64,000 nt of DNA from positions 5,567-69,566 of the IMG/VR virus record IMGVR_UViG_3300009086_000015, one strand, 5' to 3'. The position numbers and the translations under genes were made by a program. The notes below the pieces were generated by a model that was given only the letters and a program-made list of their open reading frames with translations, ran no database searches and was not told where the DNA came from. This document shows positions 1 to 7,964 of the stretch, in pieces. Origin of the DNA: a virus. Each line of letters opens with the position of its first letter. The first letter of the stretch is position 1.

Positions 1-774
1 ACTTCAATAGGCCTAGTTGATTCAACAGAAATTGGATATGTAAATGGAGTAACATCTGCAATACAGACACAGCTCGATGCAAAAGCACCAATTGCCTCAC
101 CAACATTTACAGGTACAGTCTCAGGAATTACAAAGACAATGGTTGGACTAGGATCTGTTGATAATACAGCGGATGCTTCAAAACCAGTATCAACAGCACA
201 GGCTGCAGCAATTGCAACCGCTAAATCTGAAGCAATAGCATCAGCCACGGCTTCAGTAAATGCAGTTATAGCATCAGCACCAGCTGCTCTTGATACCCTT
301 AATGAATTAGCAACAGCGCTTGGAAATGATGCAAGCTTTGCAACAACAATGACAAATGCTCTTGCAGCAAAAGCACCACTTGCCTCACCAACATTTACTG
401 GCACAGTAACAGTTGCAGCAGCTGGCGTTGCGTTTACAGATAAGACACAAACAAAGGCTGGCGTACCTTCACGGACACCAATTGCAAGTACAATTTCTGC
501 AAGCACAACATTGGCAGGAAGCTTGCAAGACAGCATGGTTCCACTAGCTGGAGCTGTAGCAATTACAATTGGCGATGCATCAAATGCACTGTATGCAATT
601 GGAGAATCAGTTGATTTCTACCAAGCATCAGGAACTGGCGCTAGCTTTGCAAAAACTGGATCAGTCAACCTGCTCTACACACCAGGCGCATTGCTTAGAA
701 CCACATATTCTTCAGCAACTGCACAAAAAGTATCTTCAACTGACTGGTTGATATACGGAGATTTGAAAGCTTAA
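1..774 (+). CDS. Tail-fibre/head-fibre-like structural protein, 5'-truncated by the window edge
   Basis: Frame 1 is open from base 1. Contains the common phage fibre motif APAALDTLNELATALGNDASFATTMTNALA and two KAP(I/L)ASPTFTGTV repeats; Ala/Thr/Ser-rich. Confidence 0.7.
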   Translation, partial: TSIGLVDSTEIGYVNGVTSAIQTQLDAKAPIASPTFTGTVSGITKTMVGLGSVDNTADASKPVSTAQAAAIATAKSEAIASATASVNAVIASAPAALDTLNELATALGNDASFATTMTNALAAKAPLASPTFTGTVTVAAAGVAFTDKTQTKAGVPSRTPIASTISASTTLAGSLQDSMVPLAGAVAITIGDASNALYAIGESVDFYQASGTGASFAKTGSVNLLYTPGALLRTTYSSATAQKVSSTDWLIYGDLKA

Positions 775-795
775 TTGGATAGGGGAATATAAATA

Positions 796-1785
796 ATGGC
801 AAAAAAAGTAGGCAAGCATTCCGCAGCGGCTAATGATTTTCTAGAGCCAAAGCCAGTAGTAATAACATCATCAACTGATGTTGGAACTGGAAGAGCTGTA
901 AATAATGGTGCAATCGATATAGTCTGGTCATTGCCAGCTGGTTCACCAGAAGCAACACTTTATACAATAACTCCCTCACCATCCGTAGCAGGATCACCGT
1001 GGACAACAGCAGCAACTTCTTATAGAGCACAGGGACTAGCATCAGCAACCTCATACACATTCTCAATTGTTGCATCAAATGCAGCAGGAGCCGCTGCTGC
1101 AACATCAACTTCTGCGGTCACTGCAACAACAATTCCAAGCGCACCGACTTCAGTTTCAGTTGCTTCAACAGTAACTAATACTGATAGGGTTACATGGCTT
1201 GCACCAACAACAGACGGAGGAAAAGCAGTATCAAGTTATACTATTGTTTCCTCAGACGGTCCATCTTATGCAAATTCTGTTTCTCCAAAAGACATAGGAG
1301 AAACTGGAAACACTTCTCAAAACTATACAATTTATGCAATAAATGCCAACGGCACAAGCGCAGGCGCAATAACAAACACAGTAACTACGTTTACGCCTCC
1401 ACACTTCCCACCGTTCTTTCCTCCACACTTCCCACCATTCTTCCCACCGTTCTTCCCACCACACTTCCCACCATTCTTCCCACCACACTTCCCACCATTC
1501 TTCCCACCATTCTTCCCACCACACTTCCCACCATTCTTCCCACCACACTTCCCACCATTCTTCCCACCGTTCTTCCCACCATACTTCCCACCGTTCTTCC
1601 CTCCACACTTCCCACCATTCTTCCCACCGTTCTTCCCACCATACTTCCCACCGTTCTTCCCTCCACACTTCCCACCATTCTTCCCACCATACTTCCCAGC
1701 ACCACCATACTTCCCAGCACCACCGTACTTCCCAGCACCACCGTACTTCCCAGTATTTAGAGGATCAAGCTCTAGACTATATTAA
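796..1785 (+). CDS. FN3-domain virion-type protein with C-terminal (PP[H/F/Y]F)n repeat
   Basis: Two FN3-like units (W..P...Y.I...GL...TSYTF.I.A.N..G; PSAPTSV...W.AP..DGG..V..Y) followed by 25 PPxF tetrapeptides and 3 PAPPYF hexapeptides; RBS AGGGG upstream. Confidence 0.8.
   Translation: MAKKVGKHSAAANDFLEPKPVVITSSTDVGTGRAVNNGAIDIVWSLPAGSPEATLYTITPSPSVAGSPWTTAATSYRAQGLASATSYTFSIVASNAAGAAAATSTSAVTATTIPSAPTSVSVASTVTNTDRVTWLAPTTDGGKAVSSYTIVSSDGPSYANSVSPKDIGETGNTSQNYTIYAINANGTSAGAITNTVTTFTPPHFPPFFPPHFPPFFPPFFPPHFPPFFPPHFPPFFPPFFPPHFPPFFPPHFPPFFPPFFPPYFPPFFPPHFPPFFPPFFPPYFPPFFPPHFPPFFPPYFPAPPYFPAPPYFPAPPYFPVFRGSSSRLY
1396..1749 (+). repeat. Coding tandem repeat: 25 x 12 bp (CCN CCN yAC/TTC TTC) with a 60-bp higher-order period, then 3 x 18 bp
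   Basis: Directly visible. Position-3 residues run H F H F F (x3), Y F H F F, Y F H F Y, then PAPPYF x3. Confidence 0.97.
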
Positions 1786-1787
1786 AA

Positions 1788-1821
1788 ATTTATGAGGGGC
1801 TAGCAATAGCCCCTCATAAAT
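1788..1821 (+). terminator. Perfect 15-bp hairpin (likely terminator) after the PPxF gene
   Basis: ATTTATGAGGGGCTA-GCAA-TAGCCCCTCATAAAT with a GNRA tetraloop; no long U tract on the + strand. Confidence 0.7.
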
Positions 1822-1829
1822 GATATACT
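1821..1829 (+). promoter_or_regulatory. Extended -10 promoter candidate for the oxygenase block
   Basis: TGaTATACT immediately after the hairpin, upstream of RBS AGGAG; same TGn-TAnnnT motif as elsewhere in the window. Confidence 0.5.
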
Positions 1830-1845
1830 AACAATAGGAGAAACA

Positions 1846-2247
1846 ATGGATAAAAAATATATTTTAGTAGCAGGAAACGAAGTCATTGACATAATATCAT
1901 TTACTGATAAGTATGAGCAGCATGATAGATGGGTTGCTGGATTTTCATCAAACGATTTAACTTTTATCAATGTTTCTGGTAATGAAAATGCTATTTTAGG
2001 TTCTACATATTCAGATGGAGCATTTACAAAATATAATGAGCCTAGAATTCCAGTTAGCGACTTTGAAGGCAGATACGCAATTTTAAAAAATAATGAAATC
2101 TTTTATTTAAAATTTTTAGATGCAGGAAAATTAAATGATTTCTACACCGAAAAATGGGAAAGCATAACAAATGCAATAGCAGTAGACCCAGAAGAAGAAA
2201 TTACATTTTTGCATAAATGGGATGGTACAAACTTTATTGTTGAATAA
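1846..2247 (+). CDS. Hypothetical protein with an internal two-fold repeat (possible fibre-associated small protein)
   Basis: RBS AGGAG. Two similar halves: YILVAGNEV...GSTYSDGAF and YAILKNNEI...HKWDGTNF. Confidence 0.6.
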   Translation: MDKKYILVAGNEVIDIISFTDKYEQHDRWVAGFSSNDLTFINVSGNENAILGSTYSDGAFTKYNEPRIPVSDFEGRYAILKNNEIFYLKFLDAGKLNDFYTEKWESITNAIAVDPEEEITFLHKWDGTNFIVE

Positions 2248-2271
2248 AGTTGTCTAGTAGAAAGAATTAAA

Positions 2272-2943
2272 ATGGAAAAAGATTTTTCCTTTTCTTCAAA
2301 AGAAGAGCTAACCCCTGGAATATGGGTATATAGAGATGCCATAAAGCCAGAACTTGATATAATAAATAGATTAGAACAAACCTTAGAATCAAGTAATGGT
2401 TTATATAATTGGCAAGAAGCCACAGTAGGATATAGAGAAAAAATCCCAGACTATCGTGACTGTGTAGACTTTAAGATTAATTTCTTTGACTACCCAGGCA
2501 AAGATGAGTACATGAAAAAATTTGATGAAATATGGAAAGATGTAAGAGACGCACAAAAAGTTGCTCTTGATGACTACTGTGCATTTTATAAGATTGATAT
2601 GAAATACTGGGAAGCCATGAACTTTATTAAATATGGCCCAGGACAACACTTCTCATACCACTCTGATCACGGATGGTCATACATTGCAACAGTATCAATG
2701 GTTGCTTATATTAATGATGACTATGAAGATGGTGGATTAAGATTTGATAAAATGGATTTAGAGGTAAAACCAAAAGCTGGCGATCTATATATATTCCCAT
2801 CAAACTATTTATTCTCTCACTCAGCACTACCAGTTAAATCTGGAACAAAGTATTCAATTGTTACAATGACTGACTATAATGATGCAACCCACACCCCAGA
2901 ATTTTATAGACAGTTTAAATCAGAGATATCACAGCCAGACTAA
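2272..2943 (+). CDS. 2OG-Fe(II) oxygenase, prolyl-4-hydroxylase-like (#1)
   Basis: HxD (YHSD), YINDDYEDGG, KPKAGDLYIFPS, distal His (FSH) and 2OG-binding Lys (SGTKYS). Confidence 0.88.
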   Translation: MEKDFSFSSKEELTPGIWVYRDAIKPELDIINRLEQTLESSNGLYNWQEATVGYREKIPDYRDCVDFKINFFDYPGKDEYMKKFDEIWKDVRDAQKVALDDYCAFYKIDMKYWEAMNFIKYGPGQHFSYHSDHGWSYIATVSMVAYINDDYEDGGLRFDKMDLEVKPKAGDLYIFPSNYLFSHSALPVKSGTKYSIVTMTDYNDATHTPEFYRQFKSEISQPD

Positions 2944-3668
2944 TGTTCGACATTGATGTATATAAAATTAGTCCTACTCCAGGAGAATTTAAACAGCTGC
3001 CAGTTAAAAGAGATTGGATGGACGAAACTGATAATGCTCACGCATATAAATGTTTTCCATTAAGTTTAACAAACTCTCTTGGATGGGGCATATCTTTTCC
3101 AGAAGATATAACTTTTATATGGGATGGAATTGCTACATCAAGCGAGCCAGACCATGTAAAAATACTAAGTGGTCATAAGTATGCATATACAGCAAGAGAA
3201 AATGCAACAATAAGTTTTAAGACTGGTCTTTTAATTAAAACTCCAGAAAATGTAACAATGCTATCAATGCCACCACCAAACTATATTTTAGATGGCGTAC
3301 AGCCGCTCACAGCTTTAATAAGTACATCATTTTTTAAAGGGGAGTTCCCAGCAGCATGGAGAATTACTAGGCCAAATGTTGAAATAACTATTAAAGCTGG
3401 AACACCAGTAATGTCTGTTATTCCTATATCTCTTGGCGAATTAAATAATTCACAAGCAAACATTAGACCTCTTTATGAGCTTGGTCCTAATTTTTTCCCA
3501 GACGGAGACTACTCAAAAATTGTTAAAGATATAAATAATTCTGGTCGGTGGACAAATTTTTATAGAGATGCAGTAGATCACCACGGTAAAAAAATTGGAG
3601 ACCATGAAGTAAAAGTTTTAAGATTTAAAACTACAGACGGTAGCCCAGAGGTATGTAGTGACAAATAA
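2943..3668 (+). CDS. DUF6065-like protein
   Basis: RDWMD...AYKCFPL...N..GW.I..P motif and later W(R)ITRP...IKAGTP...IP pattern recalled for DUF6065; overlapping stop/start with neighbours. Confidence 0.6.
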   Translation: MFDIDVYKISPTPGEFKQLPVKRDWMDETDNAHAYKCFPLSLTNSLGWGISFPEDITFIWDGIATSSEPDHVKILSGHKYAYTARENATISFKTGLLIKTPENVTMLSMPPPNYILDGVQPLTALISTSFFKGEFPAAWRITRPNVEITIKAGTPVMSVIPISLGELNNSQANIRPLYELGPNFFPDGDYSKIVKDINNSGRWTNFYRDAVDHHGKKIGDHEVKVLRFKTTDGSPEVCSDK

Positions 3669-4383
3669 AATAGTATTTCATTCTGCAAAGGTATACAATA
3701 AAGCTGACGGAACAAATGGACCAGTACCAGCTGCAAATTCTGTTCCAACTTGGTGGAAAGACGCAGACAAATATATAAAAGATCCAAATGGAGAAGCATA
3801 TGTAAACCCAAGCGGAGAAGGAAAAGTTATGAGCTACAAGTCATGCCCAGCTATGCTTGACACATTTACTTCTGGCTATATGCTAAGAACTCCTTGCGAT
3901 ATAGAGTTTTATCTAAAAAGAGGAAGAGTCAAGGCAAAGCTTCCAATAGGGTTTGAAGATTTAGTTGGAGAAAGAGAACCTATGGGTGGTTTTGAGACAC
4001 CGCCAGGATTTGATGAAAGACATTTCCATTGGTATCTTAACTGGGCACCAGAACTTCCAGAAGGATATAGCAGTCTATACCTACAACCAATAAATCATTT
4101 TAATTTACCTTACATTACTGTTGCTGGTATAATAGATAGTGACAAGGTAACAAACTCAGGACTGCTTCCTTTCTTTTTAAAAAGTGGATTCACTGGCCTA
4201 GTTCCAGCAGGAACGCCAATAGTTCAAGTTTTTCCTTTCAAAAGAGAAGATTGGGAAATGGAATATAAATTCTATACTCAAGAAGAACTTTTTGAAAAAC
4301 ATAAGCAAAATTCAATTACATTTAGACAACCAGAGGGTGGCGTCTATAAAAGAGACTTCTGGCAAAGAAGAAAATACAAATAG
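3658..4383 (+). CDS. DUF6065-like protein (second, divergent)
   Basis: P.WWK...KSCPAMLD.FTSGY...P.D, P.GYS.L...P.NH, GIID.D, PAGTPIVQVFPFKRE.W: related architecture to the preceding gene. Confidence 0.55.
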   Translation: MTNKIVFHSAKVYNKADGTNGPVPAANSVPTWWKDADKYIKDPNGEAYVNPSGEGKVMSYKSCPAMLDTFTSGYMLRTPCDIEFYLKRGRVKAKLPIGFEDLVGEREPMGGFETPPGFDERHFHWYLNWAPELPEGYSSLYLQPINHFNLPYITVAGIIDSDKVTNSGLLPFFLKSGFTGLVPAGTPIVQVFPFKREDWEMEYKFYTQEELFEKHKQNSITFRQPEGGVYKRDFWQRRKYK

Positions 4384-4391
4384 GAGATATC

Positions 4392-5081
4392 ATGCAAAAG
4401 CAAGTAAATACTAACAAGGAACACGATTATAAAAAGCTGAGCTCTATAACTCCATCTGGATTTTTTGGTAATTCTGCAGATAATATAGTAGAGCTAAAAA
4501 ACTTTTTGACAGAAGAAGAAAAAGAAAGACTTACAAATTTTGCTTTTAATAACAAGGTTTGGGATATAACAGAATCTCACACTAATGAAAATGGAACAGT
4601 TATCTATGATGCAAATGCATGGACAGATAGAGTATGTACCAGAAGATCTATGGAAATTTCTGCAGACCCAACGATTGTTGATGTTGTTGAAGGATTAATT
4701 AAAAGATTAAAAGTAGAGGTTGATAAATTTTTTGAGGTAGACGTTCAGGCAACTGGACCCGCAATTGTCAGATGGCCAGTAGGATCTAGACAAGACCCAC
4801 ACGCAGACAAAGAGCTTCACGAAGGTCCAGATGCTGGAACCCCAAACGATTTTCCTCATTACGATATTGCATCAATATTTTATTTTAATGATGACTATGA
4901 AGGAGGAGAGCTATTCTTCCCAGTACAAGGGGTAGAGATTAAACCAAGCGCTGGCTCGGCATACTTTTTTCCAGGAGACCTTCATTACGTGCATGGGGTT
5001 AGACCAGTTTTGTCTGGAAATAGATTTACATCTCCATTTTTTTGGAATATATTAAAACACACTGGAGAAAGACAGCCATGA
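4392..5081 (+). CDS. 2OG-Fe(II) oxygenase, P4H-like (#2)
   Basis: PHAD, YFNDDYEGGELFF, KPSAGSAYFFP, YVHGV..V.SGNRFT. Confidence 0.88.
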   Translation: MQKQVNTNKEHDYKKLSSITPSGFFGNSADNIVELKNFLTEEEKERLTNFAFNNKVWDITESHTNENGTVIYDANAWTDRVCTRRSMEISADPTIVDVVEGLIKRLKVEVDKFFEVDVQATGPAIVRWPVGSRQDPHADKELHEGPDAGTPNDFPHYDIASIFYFNDDYEGGELFFPVQGVEIKPSAGSAYFFPGDLHYVHGVRPVLSGNRFTSPFFWNILKHTGERQP

Positions 5082-5914
5082 AAGATTTAAAATATGAGGA
5101 GATTTATCCAAAAATATTTGTATACAGCAATATATTTGAAGATGTAAATGAAGTCCTTAATGTTTTAAAAGAGTCCATAGCCAGCCCTGAAGGTTCTTCA
5201 ATTGGTCCCTGGGTAGACTGGTATACATTTGGGCTAGAAACAAGCCATTACGATTGGTCTATTAATTCAGACAGATCCATCAAAGAAAGATTAGTACTTG
5301 ATAAAGTAAATCAAGTTTTTTTTGATGTTACAGAGCACTATGCTGCATCACACAATGTAGACATAAAGCCAGAAAGAGTTTTAACGCCAAGCGGACAAGA
5401 AGTAGATTCTTGGAGAAAGATGGGGCCATCTCTATGTAAATATGATGCGGAAGCTGGAGTTACTCAAGACCTAGCAATGCATTATCATACAGACTATCAG
5501 GTTGAATTTAAAGACTCAAGAGGATACAACTTTGCAGTTACAGTAACAACATACTTAAATGATGACTACGATGGCGGAGAAATTGATTTTTTAGTAAATG
5601 GAAAACTTATATCATACAAGCCAAAGGCTGGCGACGTACTTGTTTTTCCAGCGGGAGACCCAAACTTTTTAACAGAAGGACAAGAGCTATATCACCACGG
5701 AGTTAAAAAAGTACACAATGGCTCAAAATATTTTATAAGAGCAAATTGGCAAAGGTATTACAATGGCTCTGTAGAGTGGAATGAAAATGCAGACAAATAT
5801 GGACTAGAGATCTGGCTAGAAATGGAAAAAGAAAAAGCTAAGCAAGATAGAAAAGAAGGAAAGTATCAGTCCATTAACGAACAAGATATAGAGAAAGCGG
5901 TAAGAATAAAATGA
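5078..5914 (+). CDS. 2OG-Fe(II) oxygenase, P4H-like (#3)
   Basis: YHTD, YLNDDYDGGEI, KPKAGDVLVFP, YHHGV..V.NGSKYF; ATG at 5078 overlaps the upstream stop (ATGA). Confidence 0.86.
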   Translation: MKDLKYEEIYPKIFVYSNIFEDVNEVLNVLKESIASPEGSSIGPWVDWYTFGLETSHYDWSINSDRSIKERLVLDKVNQVFFDVTEHYAASHNVDIKPERVLTPSGQEVDSWRKMGPSLCKYDAEAGVTQDLAMHYHTDYQVEFKDSRGYNFAVTVTTYLNDDYDGGEIDFLVNGKLISYKPKAGDVLVFPAGDPNFLTEGQELYHHGVKKVHNGSKYFIRANWQRYYNGSVEWNENADKYGLEIWLEMEKEKAKQDRKEGKYQSINEQDIEKAVRIK

Positions 5915-6648
5915 CATTTAACCTAGAAAATCAAACTAGACTAAGAGAAGACATTTGCGTTTTTGAAAATTTTTTAACTGAAGAAGAATGTGAATCAATA
6001 TTAAAATACTGGAAACACTCAGTAGAAAAAGGAACCCTTCCGTGGGAGGGTATTTCTTTTTATGAGTCATACGCATCAAACTTACCAGATGACGAAGATG
6101 TAGAAAAGTTTGGCTTACCACTAGATTTTTTTGTAAATCTTGAGAAAAAAATTCAAGAGTCTGTTGAGATTACAAGAGGAAAACCAGTAAAATCTGTAAG
6201 CTATCATGCACAAAAATGGATCACAGGTGCATTTGCAGGATACCATTCTGATAATAGCCCTCTAGATGACCCAGAGTATAATGCTTTTGAAAGGTCTAAG
6301 TGGGCATCATTTCTTTATTTAAATGGTGACTTTGAAGGCGGAGAACTTAAGTTCAGAGATCACGATATAAGCATTAAGCCAAAAGCTGGCCTGTTAGCAT
6401 CATTTTCTGGAGGTCACCACAATATCCATGAAGTCCAGATAATTACAGATGGAGAAAGATACACAATCGGATCATTCTGGGATAACGAAGAGTCTGAATA
6501 TTCTGAAGAAACAAAAGAAAAATGGAAAACAGAAATAGCTGAAGCAAGAATAAGACAAGCCGAAGATCAAAAGTTGTGGCAAGAAAATAAATCTAAAGGA
6601 ATTATGGAAGAGCCACCACCGTACCAAAAGGAAAGAATAAAAGATTAA
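5911..6648 (+). CDS. 2OG-Fe(II) oxygenase, P4H-like (#4)
   Basis: FENFLTEEEC, YHSD, YLNGDFEGGEL, KPKAG, NIHEV..I.DGERYT. Confidence 0.88.
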   Translation: MTFNLENQTRLREDICVFENFLTEEECESILKYWKHSVEKGTLPWEGISFYESYASNLPDDEDVEKFGLPLDFFVNLEKKIQESVEITRGKPVKSVSYHAQKWITGAFAGYHSDNSPLDDPEYNAFERSKWASFLYLNGDFEGGELKFRDHDISIKPKAGLLASFSGGHHNIHEVQIITDGERYTIGSFWDNEESEYSEETKEKWKTEIAEARIRQAEDQKLWQENKSKGIMEEPPPYQKERIKD

Positions 6649-6660
6649 CAAGGAGATATC

Positions 6661-7341
6661 ATGAATCTAGAAAAACTGCACGAAAACGTTTACTATTACA
6701 GGAATGCAATAGCAGACCCAGCCGCACTAATTGAGCTGATTAATAGCACAGAGGGCGAAGAGAGTATATCTAAAGTAGTTCCTTCTTGGGACCACTGGGA
6801 GGCTTGCAGTGGAGAATGTTATATCTACGGGGAAAAGAAAAACTTAAATATAGAAAACATGCTTGAAATCAATAATGATGAATCTAAAGAAAAAGCACAA
6901 AAAATAATAGACATCATTGTAAACTCAATGACAGATGTTTGTAAAGATTTTGCTAAAGACAAAGGTGTCACAGAAAAAGTTAATTTATCTCCATATATTG
7001 GTATAAATAAATATAAGCCTGGAACATTTATGGGAGGTCACTATGATCAACAAGAAGGAGATTTAAGATTAAAGTATTCTCTTGTTGCTTATTTAAATGA
7101 TGACTACGAAGGCGGAGAGATTTCTTTTACAATTAAAGAAGGAATACTTGGCGAAGAAGATAGACCACGAGAAGACATTGATCATGAAATGAATAAAGAA
7201 AAAGTAACATTCTATCTTAAGCCAGAAGCTGGAAGTATATTAATTTTTCCTTCTTCTCCACCATATAATCACACAGCCCATCTTGTTAAGAGTGGTTATA
7301 AATACATGGTACCTGGGTTTTGGATGAACGAGGAGAAATAA
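6661..7341 (+). CDS. 2OG-Fe(II) oxygenase, P4H-like (#5)
   Basis: GHYD, YLNDDYEGGEISF, KPEAGSILIFPS, YNHTA..V.SGYKYM. Confidence 0.88.
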   Translation: MNLEKLHENVYYYRNAIADPAALIELINSTEGEESISKVVPSWDHWEACSGECYIYGEKKNLNIENMLEINNDESKEKAQKIIDIIVNSMTDVCKDFAKDKGVTEKVNLSPYIGINKYKPGTFMGGHYDQQEGDLRLKYSLVAYLNDDYEGGEISFTIKEGILGEEDRPREDIDHEMNKEKVTFYLKPEAGSILIFPSSPPYNHTAHLVKSGYKYMVPGFWMNEEK

Positions 7342-7342
7342 A

Positions 7343-7948
7343 TTGCATTACGAAGCTCAAGAACTAGCAAAAAATATTTTTTATTTTAAATTTGGAATTT
7401 ATGAGCCACATAAACTCATAGAGTTTATTGAAAACACTGACGTGGACCCAGAGATAGACGAAAGTATTATTTCTAAATGGACACCATGGACTTCAAGCAC
7501 AAGCCCAGATGATATATATGGATATAAAAAAAATATTAATGGTAAAAATAAAATATTAAGTCCAAAAGAGCTATATATATATAATAGTATAAGGTCAAGC
7601 ATGATCTTCGCTGCATCTGAATATAAAATATACAACAACATAACAGACGATATACACATGTCTAAAGAATTTGATATTAAAAAATATAATACTGGTCAGA
7701 TGATGGGCCCCCACGCAGACCAAAACGATGGGGACTCTAATTTAAACTACTCAATAGTTGTTTATCTAAACGATGACTATGAAGGTGGAGAGATATCTTT
7801 CCCTAATCATAACGTAATGCTAAAACCAAACGCAGGCAGCCTTATAATATTCCCATCCTCAGATCCATATCTACATGAATCAAAAGAGATAACGTCTGGA
7901 ATAAAGTATATGTCCCCAGGATTTTGGACTAAGCAAAAAACAGACTAG
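7343..7948 (+). CDS. 2OG-Fe(II) oxygenase, P4H-like (#6)
   Basis: PHAD, YLNDDYEGGEISF, KPNAGSLIIFPS, YLHES..I.SGIKYM; TTG start. Confidence 0.88.
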   Translation: MHYEAQELAKNIFYFKFGIYEPHKLIEFIENTDVDPEIDESIISKWTPWTSSTSPDDIYGYKKNINGKNKILSPKELYIYNSIRSSMIFAASEYKIYNNITDDIHMSKEFDIKKYNTGQMMGPHADQNDGDSNLNYSIVVYLNDDYEGGEISFPNHNVMLKPNAGSLIIFPSSDPYLHESKEITSGIKYMSPGFWTKQKTD

Positions 7949-7964
7949 GTGATACAATAGTTAT

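Noticed and set aside
1396-1749. CRISPR array
   Set aside because: Units are contiguous with no unique spacers, and they lie in-frame inside a CDS.
1194-1760. Alternative-frame and antisense ORFs across the PPxF repeat (1194..1760 +, 1252..1668 -, 1391..1741 -; also 38184..38603 -)
   Set aside because: Shadows of a stop-free 12-bp repeat with no RBS; the PPxF frame is continuous with recognisable FN3 domains.
2272-7948. TET/JBP- or AlkB-type DNA-modifying oxygenases
   Set aside because: The motifs (YLNDDYEGG, KP.AG...FP, H.V..V..G.[K/R]Y) fit the P4H-like class and the context is structural. Not fully excluded without a structure search.
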